DNA of 64,000 nt from an uncultured Gemmatimonadales bacterium (lineage in GTDB: Bacteria > Gemmatimonadota > Gemmatimonadetes > Gemmatimonadales > GWC2-71-9). Positions 9,520-19,112 of this stretch are shown one piece after another. The stretch spans positions 192,001-256,000 of the forward strand of contig CAWCFX010000006.1 of assembly GCA_963795085.1 (NCBI GenBank). The letters are read 5' to 3'. Within the stretch, counting starts at the first letter, position 1. Every line of letters starts with the position of its first letter. A program made the position numbers and the translations under genes. Below the pieces are notes generated by a model. It saw only the letters and a list, made by a program, of their open reading frames with translations, did no database searches and was not told the origin of the DNA.

Positions 9520-9587
9520 GGGGGCAAGAGGGTCAGGGGGCAGGAGGGTCAGGGGGCGGAAGGGTCAGGGGGCAGAAGGGTCAGGGG
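9520..9587. repeat. G-rich 16-bp tandem repeat, 4 copies (GGGGGCRRRAGGGTCA)
   Basis: Four near-identical units read directly, between convergent genes. Confidence 0.9.
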
Positions 9588-9602
9588 AGCATTCCTCTGC
9601 GG

Positions 9603-10145
9603 TTAGGGGTTGCATTCGCCGGCTTCCGGCGGTTCCGCCGCTCCGTACCGGGTTCGCAGCAGGCTCACCGGCGTAACTCCCCCCTGCCGTTCCAGCACAA
9701 AAAGCGCGGAGTACTGGCCATCGCAGAGGTCTGGCATCGTCGGACCGCCGAGGGCGGCGATGATTGCCGCCAGCGTGTTGCTGTGGCCGACCACGAGTGC
9801 GGTCGAGCCAGGGGGCAACCCGTCGAGCGCGCGGACCACCCCGGGAGGGCCGGCACCGGCCGGCACGATGGTGACCGCGAGGTTCGCGGCGCCGGCGGCG
9901 GGTGCCGCCGTGAGCCGGGTGCGCAGATACTGCGTACTGATGACAGCGGCCAGGCGAACATCGGCGAGGGCGCGGGCGAGATCCTGGGCCCGTTGTTCCC
10001 CGGCCGCGGTCAGCCCCGGGTCTCCGCTGGGCGCGGCCTTTTCGGCGTGGCGCACCAGGACCACCGTCGAGGCCTGGGCCGGCAGGCGGGTCGCGGCCAG
10101 CGCCAGCAGCAGGAGGGGGGCGGCACCCAGGCTTCGCAGGATCAT
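9603..10145 (-). CDS. Secreted histidine phosphatase (SixA/phosphoglycerate mutase-like)
   Basis: Signal peptide, VVLVRHAEK and VGHSNT motifs; ATGA overlap with pmbA. Confidence 0.85.
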   Translation of the reverse strand: MILRSLGAAPLLLLALAATRLPAQASTVVLVRHAEKAAPSGDPGLTAAGEQRAQDLARALADVRLAAVISTQYLRTRLTAAPAAGAANLAVTIVPAGAGPPGVVRALDGLPPGSTALVVGHSNTLAAIIAALGGPTMPDLCDGQYSALFVLERQGGVTPVSLLRTRYGAAEPPEAGECNP

Positions 10146-11437
10146 CGGCCAGTGACCGAGACACCGTCGATGACCATCGGCGGCACCCCGGTGCTGCCGA
10201 CCCACTTCACGTGTTTGCCCAGCCCCGCGATCCGCTTCAGCAGGTCGTACACCACGCCGGCGATGGCGGCATCCTTGATCCGGCCGGTCACTTCGCCGTT
10301 GACCACCCGGTACGCCAGGGCGACCGGGTGCGAGAAGGCGCCGCCGATCACGTTGCCCTGCCCCACGCCGAGCAGTTCGTCCACCAACAGGCCGTCCTGG
10401 ATCTGCGCAACCAGCTCGGTAAACTCGAGGGAGCCCGGCTCCACCATCAGGTTGGAGTAGGCGGCTTGCGGTTTGCCGAAGGTGCTGCGCCTGGCGTGGC
10501 CGGACGGTGCGACCCCCGCCCGTCCGGCGGTCTCCAGGTCGTAGATGAACCGGCGCACGCTGCCCTGCTCGATGAGTGGAGTCATGGCGGAGGGGACGCC
10601 TTCGTCGTCCACCGGCCGGGATCCGCTCCGGCCATCGAGCAGCGGGTTGTCCACGAGGGTGAACCCGGCATCGAACATCGGGGTGTCGCGCCGTTCCCAG
10701 AGCGGCGACACCCCCTGGATCGCTGACTTGCCCTGCAGCGCCAGCTTGAGCGGCGTGAGCAGCACCGCCGCGCCCCCCGGCGTGAAGCAGACCGGTACCG
10801 CGCCGGATGGTGGGGCGGCGGCGCGGTCAGCCCACGCGACGCGCTGCAGCATCCCCTCGACCAGGCCCTCGAGATCGGCCGGGGCGGGCAGGTCGGCCCC
10901 GGCCAGGTAGTCCGCGACGATCAGCACGTCGTCGCCGCGAACCCGGGTAAGCTCCGCAGACAGGCTGACGGTCGTGACGTCGTAGCTGGCGTCAACGCCG
11001 GCGGTGTTGGCCACTCGGACGGACCCTACCGAGCGCTCCACCGTCACATTGACCTGGCAGTGATCGCGGGAGAGCCGGGACAGCACGAAGTTACCCAACT
11101 GGGCCAGGTCGGCGACCGATGCCGCCGCGGCCCGCGGGAAATGGGTGGCGACGGCGGGCAGAGGCCGGGGTCCCGGCAGGTCGACCCGGGCGGTTTCTCC
11201 GATCCGGGCCGAGGCGAATGCGGCCTCCACGACGGCGGCGGCATCGTCCGCGGTACTGCCGGAGAATCCCATGCGGCCATCCAGGACGACCCGGAGGTTA
11301 ACCCCTCGCTCCTGGGCATACGCCGAGCTCTTGAGCCGGCCTGCCTCGATGATGAGCGTCGTGGTCTCGTCGGTCTTGAGCACCGCATCGGCCAGCCTGG
11401 CCCGCCGGGAGGCCCGGTCCAGCAGTTCGCCGATCAC
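10142..11437 (-). CDS. pmbA: TldE/PmbA family protein
   Basis: SRPVDDEGVP, SGHARR, YSNLMVEPG motifs; no HExxxH; coupled to tldD. Confidence 0.88.
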   Translation of the reverse strand: MIGELLDRASRRARLADAVLKTDETTTLIIEAGRLKSSAYAQERGVNLRVVLDGRMGFSGSTADDAAAVVEAAFASARIGETARVDLPGPRPLPAVATHFPRAAAASVADLAQLGNFVLSRLSRDHCQVNVTVERSVGSVRVANTAGVDASYDVTTVSLSAELTRVRGDDVLIVADYLAGADLPAPADLEGLVEGMLQRVAWADRAAAPPSGAVPVCFTPGGAAVLLTPLKLALQGKSAIQGVSPLWERRDTPMFDAGFTLVDNPLLDGRSGSRPVDDEGVPSAMTPLIEQGSVRRFIYDLETAGRAGVAPSGHARRSTFGKPQAAYSNLMVEPGSLEFTELVAQIQDGLLVDELLGVGQGNVIGGAFSHPVALAYRVVNGEVTGRIKDAAIAGVVYDLLKRIAGLGKHVKWVGSTGVPPMVIDGVSVTGR

Positions 11438-12810
11438 GCGACCTCGCCGCCCACCACGGTCTCCGCGATCCGGATGTGGGGCGCTCCCTCGGTCACCGCC
11501 AGGGGGACCTGGAACCCCTTGCCGCAGCCGCCGCCCATCTGGTTCCAGCGGAAGTCCCCGGCCACCCGGTCGATCGCGCCCAGGGTATGGAACAGGTTGC
11601 CGGCGAGCGTGACGTCCCGCACCAGCTCGGCGACTTTCCCCTTCCGGATCATGTACCCGTAGCCGGCGGTGAACGAGAAATCCTCGAGGTAGGTCTGGCC
11701 GCCCAGCGCGTCACAGGCATAGACGCCCAGCTCGACGTCGGCGAAGAGATCCTCGGCCGTCCCCTTGCCGCTCGCGATGTAGGTGTTGGTCATCCGGACG
11801 ATGGGCGGGTGGCGGAACGAGAGGGCGCGGGCGTTGCCGGTGGCGGTCTCGCCCATGCGGGCAGCGGTCTCCCGCGAATGCAGCCGGCCCACCAGGACGC
11901 CGTTCTGGATGAGCGTGGTGTTCTGGGTCGGGGTCCCCTCGTCGTCGTAGGGGAGGGTGCCCCGCAGGCCGGCCGCGCTGCCGTCGTCACCGATCGTGAG
12001 CAGGTCGGATCCGAACCGCCGGCCCAGCGTCATCATGGCGCGGGCCTGCGGGTTCTCATAGACGAAGTCGGCCTCGCTCAGGTGGCCGAAGGCTTCATGC
12101 ACAAAGACACCGGCGAGCTTGGGATCCAGCACCACCGGATAGGTCCCGCCCCTGACCCGCGGGGCGTGCAGCAGGTCCACCGCCCGGCGCGCGGCGGAGA
12201 GGAATTGTTCCTCCCGGCCCTGGACCGCGTTCCAGCCGCGGCGGAGGCCGATGCTCTCCAGCGCCCGCTCGATGCCGCCATCCTCGCGCGCCATGGCGAC
12301 CGCCGAGAGGGTGACTTCGGGGCGAACCTCGTAGAGGAGGCTGCCGTCGGAATTGGCGAACCAGTACTCGGTGACCTCGTCGCGGTAGGCGGCCTGGGTG
12401 TCCACGACCCTCCGGTCGTAGCCCAGCATCAGGCCGTTGAGGTGTTCCAGCAGGTCCTTTTTCCGGTCCAGTGCAATCCCCCGCACGTCGCCGTCCAGAT
12501 CGAGACGAACATCGTCCTGCCGCACTGGAACCGGAGCCAGCAGGATCGGCTGTTCCAGCCGGACCGCCAGCGACAGCTCGTGGGCCCGGGCCACCATCGC
12601 GGGGAGCCGGTCCACCGAGGTGAAACTGGCCACGCCCCACCCGTGGCCACGGTTGAGGCAGCGCACGAACCCGCCCGCATCCACGCAGGCGCTGGCGCCT
12701 TCCAGCCGGCTGCCGCGATAGGCGACCGTCGAGATCCAGGACCGCTCCAGCCGGATTTCGGTGTAGTCGGCGCGCGAGTTCCTGATGGCGTCGTGCAGTT
12801 GATTCTTCAT
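11434..12810 (-). CDS. tldD: TldD family metalloprotease
   Basis: HEAFGHLSEAD zinc motif, YDDEGTP, TGNARA, PIVRMTNTYI, C-terminal GCGK. Confidence 0.92.
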   Translation of the reverse strand: MKNQLHDAIRNSRADYTEIRLERSWISTVAYRGSRLEGASACVDAGGFVRCLNRGHGWGVASFTSVDRLPAMVARAHELSLAVRLEQPILLAPVPVRQDDVRLDLDGDVRGIALDRKKDLLEHLNGLMLGYDRRVVDTQAAYRDEVTEYWFANSDGSLLYEVRPEVTLSAVAMAREDGGIERALESIGLRRGWNAVQGREEQFLSAARRAVDLLHAPRVRGGTYPVVLDPKLAGVFVHEAFGHLSEADFVYENPQARAMMTLGRRFGSDLLTIGDDGSAAGLRGTLPYDDEGTPTQNTTLIQNGVLVGRLHSRETAARMGETATGNARALSFRHPPIVRMTNTYIASGKGTAEDLFADVELGVYACDALGGQTYLEDFSFTAGYGYMIRKGKVAELVRDVTLAGNLFHTLGAIDRVAGDFRWNQMGGGCGKGFQVPLAVTEGAPHIRIAETVVGGEVA

Positions 12811-12859
12811 CGCGTTTCGCGGGAGATCGGCCAGGGCAATCCGGGCAGGCGCGGGGGGC

Positions 12860-13384
12860 CTAGGCGCCGGGGCCCTGGGCCTTGAGCCGGGCGGCGTAGT
12901 CGGGCCGGACGACGACTTCGCCGTTTTGAATGATTTCCCGGTCCCAGGGAAGGATAATGAAATTGTCGGTCTCGAAGGCGCTGTAGTCGGGAGCATAGTC
13001 GCCGGTGCGGAAGGACACCGCGGTGCGCACCTCGGCGGGGTGCTTGGCCCGGACCTCATTGAGCGCCAGCTTGAGGGTCGCGCCGGTATCGCAGGTCTCG
13101 TCCACGAGGAGGATCCGGCGGCCCTTGATCGTGCCCGGAGGGCCGGCGACCAGCACCGGGGCCTGCCCCTCGGTCTGCCGGGTCACGGTCATCGAGGTGA
13201 ACTCGACCTGGAGAATGGAGGCGACGACGACACCGGGAATGACTCCCGCCTTGGCCACGCCGAGGATCACCTCGGGCTGATAGTCCCGCGCCACCCGCAG
13301 GGCGAGCGCGCGGCAGATCTCGCCGAAGAAGGCCCAGTCCACCTCCATTACTCCGCGGGGGGTAACCGGCGACTGTCTGCGCAT
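12860..13384 (-). CDS. Type I phosphoribosyltransferase
   Basis: PRPP-binding motif ILLVDETCDTGATL; ILGVAKAGVIP; FIILPWD. Confidence 0.85.
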   Translation of the reverse strand: MRRQSPVTPRGVMEVDWAFFGEICRALALRVARDYQPEVILGVAKAGVIPGVVVASILQVEFTSMTVTRQTEGQAPVLVAGPPGTIKGRRILLVDETCDTGATLKLALNEVRAKHPAEVRTAVSFRTGDYAPDYSAFETDNFIILPWDREIIQNGEVVVRPDYAARLKAQGPGA

Positions 13385-13538
13385 GGGGAGCTCCTGGGGG
13401 GCGGAGGACGGACCTGAAACTAACGTACTCCGGTCCGGAAAGGGGTTCAACCGCGTTGCGGCCCCGCCGGGGCGGGGCTATTATAGGCTAACCCGCGAGT
13501 ACCCGGTCTTACCGCCCGATGGAGCCTGCCTGCCCGCG

Positions 13539-13982
13539 ATGACATTTTGGCGCCGACTGTTTGGCCACCAGAAGACCGATAGCCTGCGCCCGCAGCGGCT
13601 CGATTATCTCAATGAAGCGCTGGCGCTGGAACGGCAGGGAGATTACGCCGCGGCGCTCACATCGTACCGGCTGGCCCTCCGCGATCATCCCAACGACGCC
13701 CGCATCCTCCAGAATATTGCCATCGCCTTCACCAAGACGGGGCAACCGGACGAAGCCATTCGCCACTACAAGAAGGCGCTGGAACTGGACGACACCCTGG
13801 TCGGGGCCCACTATGGCGTCGCCTTCCTGCTGCTCAAGCGGGGGGAGACCGGCGAGGCGGCCACCCATCTGCGGGCCTTCCTCCAGCAGCCACCCAAGGG
13901 CGCCGACGCCGACCGCTGGGTTCGCCACGCGGAATCGGCGCTCCGGGAGATCGGCAGCGGAGCCGCGCCGGAGTCGGTATGA
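13539..13982 (+). CDS. Tetratricopeptide repeat protein
   Basis: TPR units (ALALERQGDYAAALTSYRLAL, GQPDEAIRHYKKALEL). Confidence 0.85.
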   Translation: MTFWRRLFGHQKTDSLRPQRLDYLNEALALERQGDYAAALTSYRLALRDHPNDARILQNIAIAFTKTGQPDEAIRHYKKALELDDTLVGAHYGVAFLLLKRGETGEAATHLRAFLQQPPKGADADRWVRHAESALREIGSGAAPESV

Positions 13983-14725
13983 ACGGCGGCCTATCCCGGG
14001 CCAGGCGAGCGGGGTCCACCCTGCTCCTCTGCCTGCTGGCCGGCCTGCCGCTGGCCGCGTGCAGTGACCTCAGCGGCGATTCCGACCTGCCCATCGTGCT
14101 CGAGATCCGGGCGCCCGCCGGCATCGGGGGCGCCGCCCCGCTGGTCGAGATCGGCGACACCATCACGCTGGCGGCGCGGGCGCTGAACCAGGCGGGAGAC
14201 AGCGTGGCGGCCACCTTCACCTGGCGCTCGCCGGACACTGCCCTCATCTCCGTCGATCCCGCGACCGGCCAGATCACGGGAAAGAGCCCGGGCATCGGCC
14301 GGGTCCAGGTCACCAGCGGCGGCCTGACGTCGGACCTGGTTCCCTTCAACGTGGTGCCCCGGGCCGACAGCCTTCTCCTCGTCCCCCCCGATTCAGCCCG
14401 GGTGCTGGTGACCGACACGGCCTCGGCCCCCCTGATCGCCGAGCTCGACACCCTGAATCCTGATGGCCCGCTCCAGGGCCGGCAGATCACTTACCAGCTG
14501 ACCGACATTTTCGGCCAGCCGGGCGACACCGCCAGTCTGGGCGGCGGACTCATGCTGCGCACTGTCACGACCAGCGCCCTGGGCCAGCCCAACATCCCGG
14601 TGTACGTGCGACCGATTCCGGCCCAGCCCCGGCCGGACAGCGTCTATGTCACCGTCACCGCCCTCCGGCCCAGCGGTACCCCCATACCGGGAAGCGGGCA
14701 GCAGTTCGTGGTGCGGTTTGACTGA
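13979..14725 (+). CDS. Lipoprotein with an Ig-like (Big_2-type) domain
   Basis: Lipobox LAAC; TWRSPDTALISVDPATGQITGKSPG Big_2-like motif. Confidence 0.7.
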   Translation: MNGGLSRARRAGSTLLLCLLAGLPLAACSDLSGDSDLPIVLEIRAPAGIGGAAPLVEIGDTITLAARALNQAGDSVAATFTWRSPDTALISVDPATGQITGKSPGIGRVQVTSGGLTSDLVPFNVVPRADSLLLVPPDSARVLVTDTASAPLIAELDTLNPDGPLQGRQITYQLTDIFGQPGDTASLGGGLMLRTVTTSALGQPNIPVYVRPIPAQPRPDSVYVTVTALRPSGTPIPGSGQQFVVRFD

Positions 14726-14838
14726 GCCCGATTTCAGGCGGTCGATTTCAGACTGCCGGTGGATGGGAGTTTCCGCATCGGAAACGGACAGTGTACGCAG
14801 CAATCTGACAGCGGCAATCTGCAATGGCCGGAGGCATC

Positions 14839-16660
14839 GTGGCTGACCCGGGTACCCTGACCGAACTCTATTTTGACGCGATGGACCGGTTCGGCAGCCG
14901 GCCGGTGGCCATGCGGACTCGGCAGTCGGGAGACTGGATTGACATCAGCTACGCCGAGCTGGCGGACCGGGTCGAGTCCTTCAGCATCGGGTTGCTGGAG
15001 CTGGGCGATGCAGCCCGGCGACCACGTGGCCATCCTGTCGGAGAACCGGCCCGAATGGGCGATCGCCGATTACGCGTGCCTGGCGGCTCGTTGCGCCGAC
15101 GTCCCGATCTATCCCACCCTGCCACCCAGGCAGATCGAGTACGTGCTCCGGGACTCCGAGTCGGTGGCCGTGTGCGTCAGCACGGCGACCCAGCTCGCCA
15201 AGATCCAGGAGATCCGCGGCAACCTGCCCCGCCTGAAGCACGTTATCGTTTTCGACAAGGTCGCCGCCTCCAGCAACGCCACCTGGTTCGACGAGGTCGT
15301 GACCCGGGGACGGGAGGCCCGGGGCCGGCATCCGGACTGGCGCGCCAACGCCCTCGGGGCGGCGCCCGACGACCTGGCGACGCTGATTTACACCAGCGGC
15401 ACCACCGGCGATCCCAAGGGCGTCATGCTCACCCACGGGAACATCACGTCCAATGTCCTGGGCGGCCTCCACGTGCTGCAGCTGCGGGACACCGACGAGT
15501 GTCTCTCCTTTCTCCCGCTTTCCCACATCTTTGAACGGATGGCCGGGCACTACTGCATGCTGCGGGGCGGGGTGATTATCAGCTATGCCCTCAGCGTGGA
15601 CACCGTCTCGGCGGACATGATGGACCGCTCCCCCACCGTGGTGCTGTCGGTGCCGCGCCTCTACGAGAAGATCTATGCCCGGGTGCTGGACGGGGCCACC
15701 GGGGGGTCGGCTCTGAAAAAACAGATCTTTTTCTGGGCCCGGCGCACGGCGGAGACGTGGGCTGACCTGGCGCTGGCCGGGAAATCCATACCACCGGCGC
15801 TCGCGCTCAAGAAGCAGGTCGCGGACAAGCTGGTATTCTCCAAGCTGCAGGTGCGCACCGGTGGACGGCTCCGATTTTTTGTCTCCGGCGGCGCGCCTCT
15901 CTCGCCGGATATCGCGCGGTTTTTCTACGCCGCCGGGCTTCCCATCCTGGAGGGCTACGGCCTCACGGAGACCTCGCCGGTGATCACCGTGAACGGCCTC
16001 GAAAGCCTCCGGATCGGTTCGGTGGGCCGGCCGATCCCCGGGGTGACCGTGCGGATCGCCCCGGACGGCGAGATCCTGACTCAGGGACCCAACGTGATGA
16101 AGGGGTACTACCGGAAACCCGAAGCCACCGCCGAGGTGCTGGACGCGGACGGGACCTTCCATACCGGGGATATCGGGGAGCTCGACCCGGACGGGTTCCT
16201 GCGGATCACCGACCGGAAGAAGGACCTGATCGTAACGGCGGGCGGCAAGAACATCGCGCCCCAGCCGATCGAAGGCCGGGTCAAGGCCAGCAAGTTTGTC
16301 GCGAACGCCGTCATGCTGGGAGACAAGCGGCGCTTCCCGATCATGCTGGTCGTCCCCAACATGGAAAACCTGAAGGAATGGGCCCGGCGGAAGGGACTCC
16401 GGTTCGAAGACGACCAGAGCCTGGTCGATAACCCGGAAGCCGTGGCGAAAGTAGAGCGGGAGATGCAGAAGCATCTCCGCGACCTGGCCCATTTCGAGAT
16501 GCCCAAGCGGGTGATCCTGCTGCAGCGGGACTTCACGGTCGAGGGGGGCGAACTGACGCCGACGATGAAAGTGAAGCGCCGGGTGGTCGAACAGAACTAC
16601 CGGGACCGGATCGAGGCGGTCTACGCCGAGGCGGCCAGCGGGCATTCCACGGCGGGTTAG
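14839..16660 (+). pseudogene. fadD: Long-chain fatty acid-CoA ligase (AMP-binding) with one frameshift near 15007, possibly an assembly error
   Basis: GGAGG RBS and GTG at 14839; N-terminal frame (..GLLELG) continues as MQPGDHVAILSENRPEW in another frame; YTSGTTGDPKG, EGYGLTE, FHTGDIG, ITDRKKD motifs. Confidence 0.85.
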
Positions 16661-17248
16661 TCATTGCCGCTGGGCAACCCACCATCCTTCCGCGGATGCC
16701 AGCACCTCCAGGGCCGCACCTTCCGGCACCGGCCCCTGCCCCACCACCCGCAGCCCCGGCAGCACCACCCGGCCCGCCTCGGCGAGCCACGCGGGATCGC
16801 CGGCAAAGTCTCCCCACAATACGACCCCTCTGAGTGATCGAGCCTTGACCGGAATGCCCGCGGCGGTGACCAGGCTCAGCCGCGGCAGTTCGGCGGCCGG
16901 CGGTGAGGGATTCACCCCGATGAAATGCACCCCCGGCATGGCGGTGATGAGCGCGGCGCCTACCGATGGACCTGGGCCGACCAGCCCCACGTAGCCACCG
17001 GGCCCGCCGAGACCGAGGAAAGCCTGGATCGCCACGGGATCGAGGGAGGATCCGGGCGCCGGGAAATCGGCCGGAGGGGCCGCGAAGCACACGATGCCAT
17101 CCCGGATCGGGTACTCACGCTGACAGACGGGGCACCCCAGTGTCCCCGTCCGCACCGATCGATCGGTCATCTCGCCGGGAATCAGCACCACGAACTGTTC
17201 GGCATGCGGCTCGGGACAGCGGAGGATATCGGTCAGTTCAATGAACAT
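16661..17248 (-). CDS. Trm112-like zinc-ribbon domain fused to a degenerate methyltransferase-like domain
   Basis: DILRCP...GTLGCPVCQREYPIRDGIV Trm112-like motif; Rossmann-like remainder ending EAGRVVLPGLRVV. Confidence 0.6.
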   Translation of the reverse strand: MFIELTDILRCPEPHAEQFVVLIPGEMTDRSVRTGTLGCPVCQREYPIRDGIVCFAAPPADFPAPGSSLDPVAIQAFLGLGGPGGYVGLVGPGPSVGAALITAMPGVHFIGVNPSPPAAELPRLSLVTAAGIPVKARSLRGVVLWGDFAGDPAWLAEAGRVVLPGLRVVGQGPVPEGAALEVLASAEGWWVAQRQ

Positions 17249-17291
17249 GATGTTGTGATCAGGGGACCCGCAGCACCGCGCTTGTCACCGC

Positions 17292-18818
17292 TCACTTCTC
17301 ACCTCTAAACTCTACCCACGTCACCCTGCCCGCCTCCACCCGGATGCGCCGCAGCACCTTCGCGCCGCCGATTTCCACGCCCAGCACATAGTCGCCTGGC
17401 GGCACGTCGCCCACCGCGAAATGCTCGCCATACAGCGGGTGCGGATGGGCCCGACTTCCGTAGGTCTCGGCAAACGAGAAGGGCGTCTCCCGGGGCAGCG
17501 GCTTGGACAGCCCATAGACGCGGGCCTGCGGTACCGGCTGGCCATCGGCGTCGAAGACCTGTCCGGCGACGACCCCGGTGCCGGGCAGCGGCTGGATCCA
17601 TAACTCGGGGTTCGTGGTGTAGGCGGGAAACCGGTTCAGGGAATCCACCACGGCGGCGATGGAATCGGTAGGCGCGGCGTGCACCTCGAGGTGGAGGTGG
17701 TCGTTGGTCGCGCGCCCGCTGTGGCCCACCCGGGCGACCAGGTCACCCGCCTTCACCCGCGCCCCCACCGTGGCCACCAGCGAGCTGTTATGGTAGTACA
17801 CCGAGAACACGTGCAGGCGGCCCCCCGGCGTGACCAGCGCGGAATCATGCCTGATCGCCACGGTGAGTGCCCCCCGCTCGGCCCGGCCGGAATAGACCAC
17901 GACGCCGTTGCCGATCGCGTACACCGGCGTACCGTCCTGGTTGTTGAACTCCACCCCCTGGTGCTGCTGGAAGTTGCCGCCCATGGTGGAGCCGTACCGG
18001 TAGGTCTGGTCGATATACCAGTTGGCGGCCGAATCGATGGGACGCCGGAACCAGGTGGTACGCGGTGGCATGATGGTGCCCTGGATGCTGGCGCCGCGCG
18101 CCCGGCCCTGCCAGGCCGGAAGCTGCCGCAGTTCGCTTCGGGATTCCGATATCCGCATGCGGGCCGTGGACGGCCGCCAGCCCCCGGCTTCGGGCGCCAC
18201 CACCTGCTGGCCACAGGGCGTTGTGACCGACAGCAGCCCACGGGCCTCCGCCAGGCCGATGACATACTCACAGCGAAGGATGACGATCGCGGTGTCGGCC
18301 GGCCCGCGGGCCGGCGGCCCGGTCGAATCCACGAGGGCCGTCCACGACGCGCCGTCGTCGGTGGTCACCTGGACGCCGTCCGCGGTCCCGATGTAGGTCG
18401 TGTCTCCCTGGACGACGATCCCCTCCGGGGCCACGTACTGCCACTCGGGGCCCAGCTGGTCGAAGGTCCAGTTCTTCCAGGTGCGGCCATCGTCCCGGGA
18501 TACGCCCCAGCCATTGCCCACCGTGCCGTACCAGATTTGCCCCCGCGGCCCGAACCCGAACGCATGGACGAAGTCCCAGCTGATGGACCCCGGGGTGGTA
18601 TCGCTCGCGATGTGGTCCCAGGACGAGGCGCCCGGGCGGAACCGGAAGATGCCCCGGCCATAGGTGCCCACCCAGATCGAGCCGTCGGGCGCCTTTGCCG
18701 AGGTGAGCACGTGCACACCCCAGCCAGTGGAGTCCGGCAACGACGGCAGTGGCTGCTGGGCAGAAGCCGAAGCCGCCGCGAGAAGAGAGATTAGTAAAGC
18801 CTGACGACCTGGGGTCAT
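17292..18818 (-). CDS. Secreted M23 family peptidase with an N-terminal BNR/beta-propeller region
   Basis: Signal peptide; Asp-box motifs SRDDGRTW and TTDDGASW; HQGVEF, VGHSGRATNDHLHLEV. Confidence 0.8.
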   Translation of the reverse strand: MTPGRQALLISLLAAASASAQQPLPSLPDSTGWGVHVLTSAKAPDGSIWVGTYGRGIFRFRPGASSWDHIASDTTPGSISWDFVHAFGFGPRGQIWYGTVGNGWGVSRDDGRTWKNWTFDQLGPEWQYVAPEGIVVQGDTTYIGTADGVQVTTDDGASWTALVDSTGPPARGPADTAIVILRCEYVIGLAEARGLLSVTTPCGQQVVAPEAGGWRPSTARMRISESRSELRQLPAWQGRARGASIQGTIMPPRTTWFRRPIDSAANWYIDQTYRYGSTMGGNFQQHQGVEFNNQDGTPVYAIGNGVVVYSGRAERGALTVAIRHDSALVTPGGRLHVFSVYYHNSSLVATVGARVKAGDLVARVGHSGRATNDHLHLEVHAAPTDSIAAVVDSLNRFPAYTTNPELWIQPLPGTGVVAGQVFDADGQPVPQARVYGLSKPLPRETPFSFAETYGSRAHPHPLYGEHFAVGDVPPGDYVLGVEIGGAKVLRRIRVEAGRVTWVEFRGEK

Positions 18819-18849
18819 ATATCGTGGTGATTTTGGGGTGTCGTGGCGA

Positions 18850-19081
18850 CCTCGAAACAGAACGGCCACACTGAAGCAAACGCCCGCACTCGAACGGTGG
18901 GTGTCGGGGATCCCGGTGACTTCGCATTCCGAGGCAATTCCACACCGAGCACACCGAGCGAACCCTGGGAGGCAGGGCAAAACATTCATAGCTTCGGCGG
19001 ACTCTCGGTCAGCGCTGCGGCCTCTGCGTTACAGCGCCTCGATACAGAACGGCCACGATGAAGCAAACGCCCGCATTTCGA
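18850..19081. repeat. Imperfect ~44-bp direct repeat pair, period 187 bp
   Basis: CCTCGAAACAGAACGGCCACACTGAAGCAAACGCCCGCA at 18850 vs CCTCGATACAGAACGGCCACGATGAAGCAAACGCCCGCA at 19037 (36/39 identical by eye). Confidence 0.85.
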
Positions 19082-19112
19082 CCAGGAAAACCCACAAACG
19101 CCCCTACGGCAC

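Noticed and set aside
18850..19081. CRISPR array
   Set aside because: Only two copies, about 143 bp between them, similarity extends past the GAAGC end, and no cas genes are in the window
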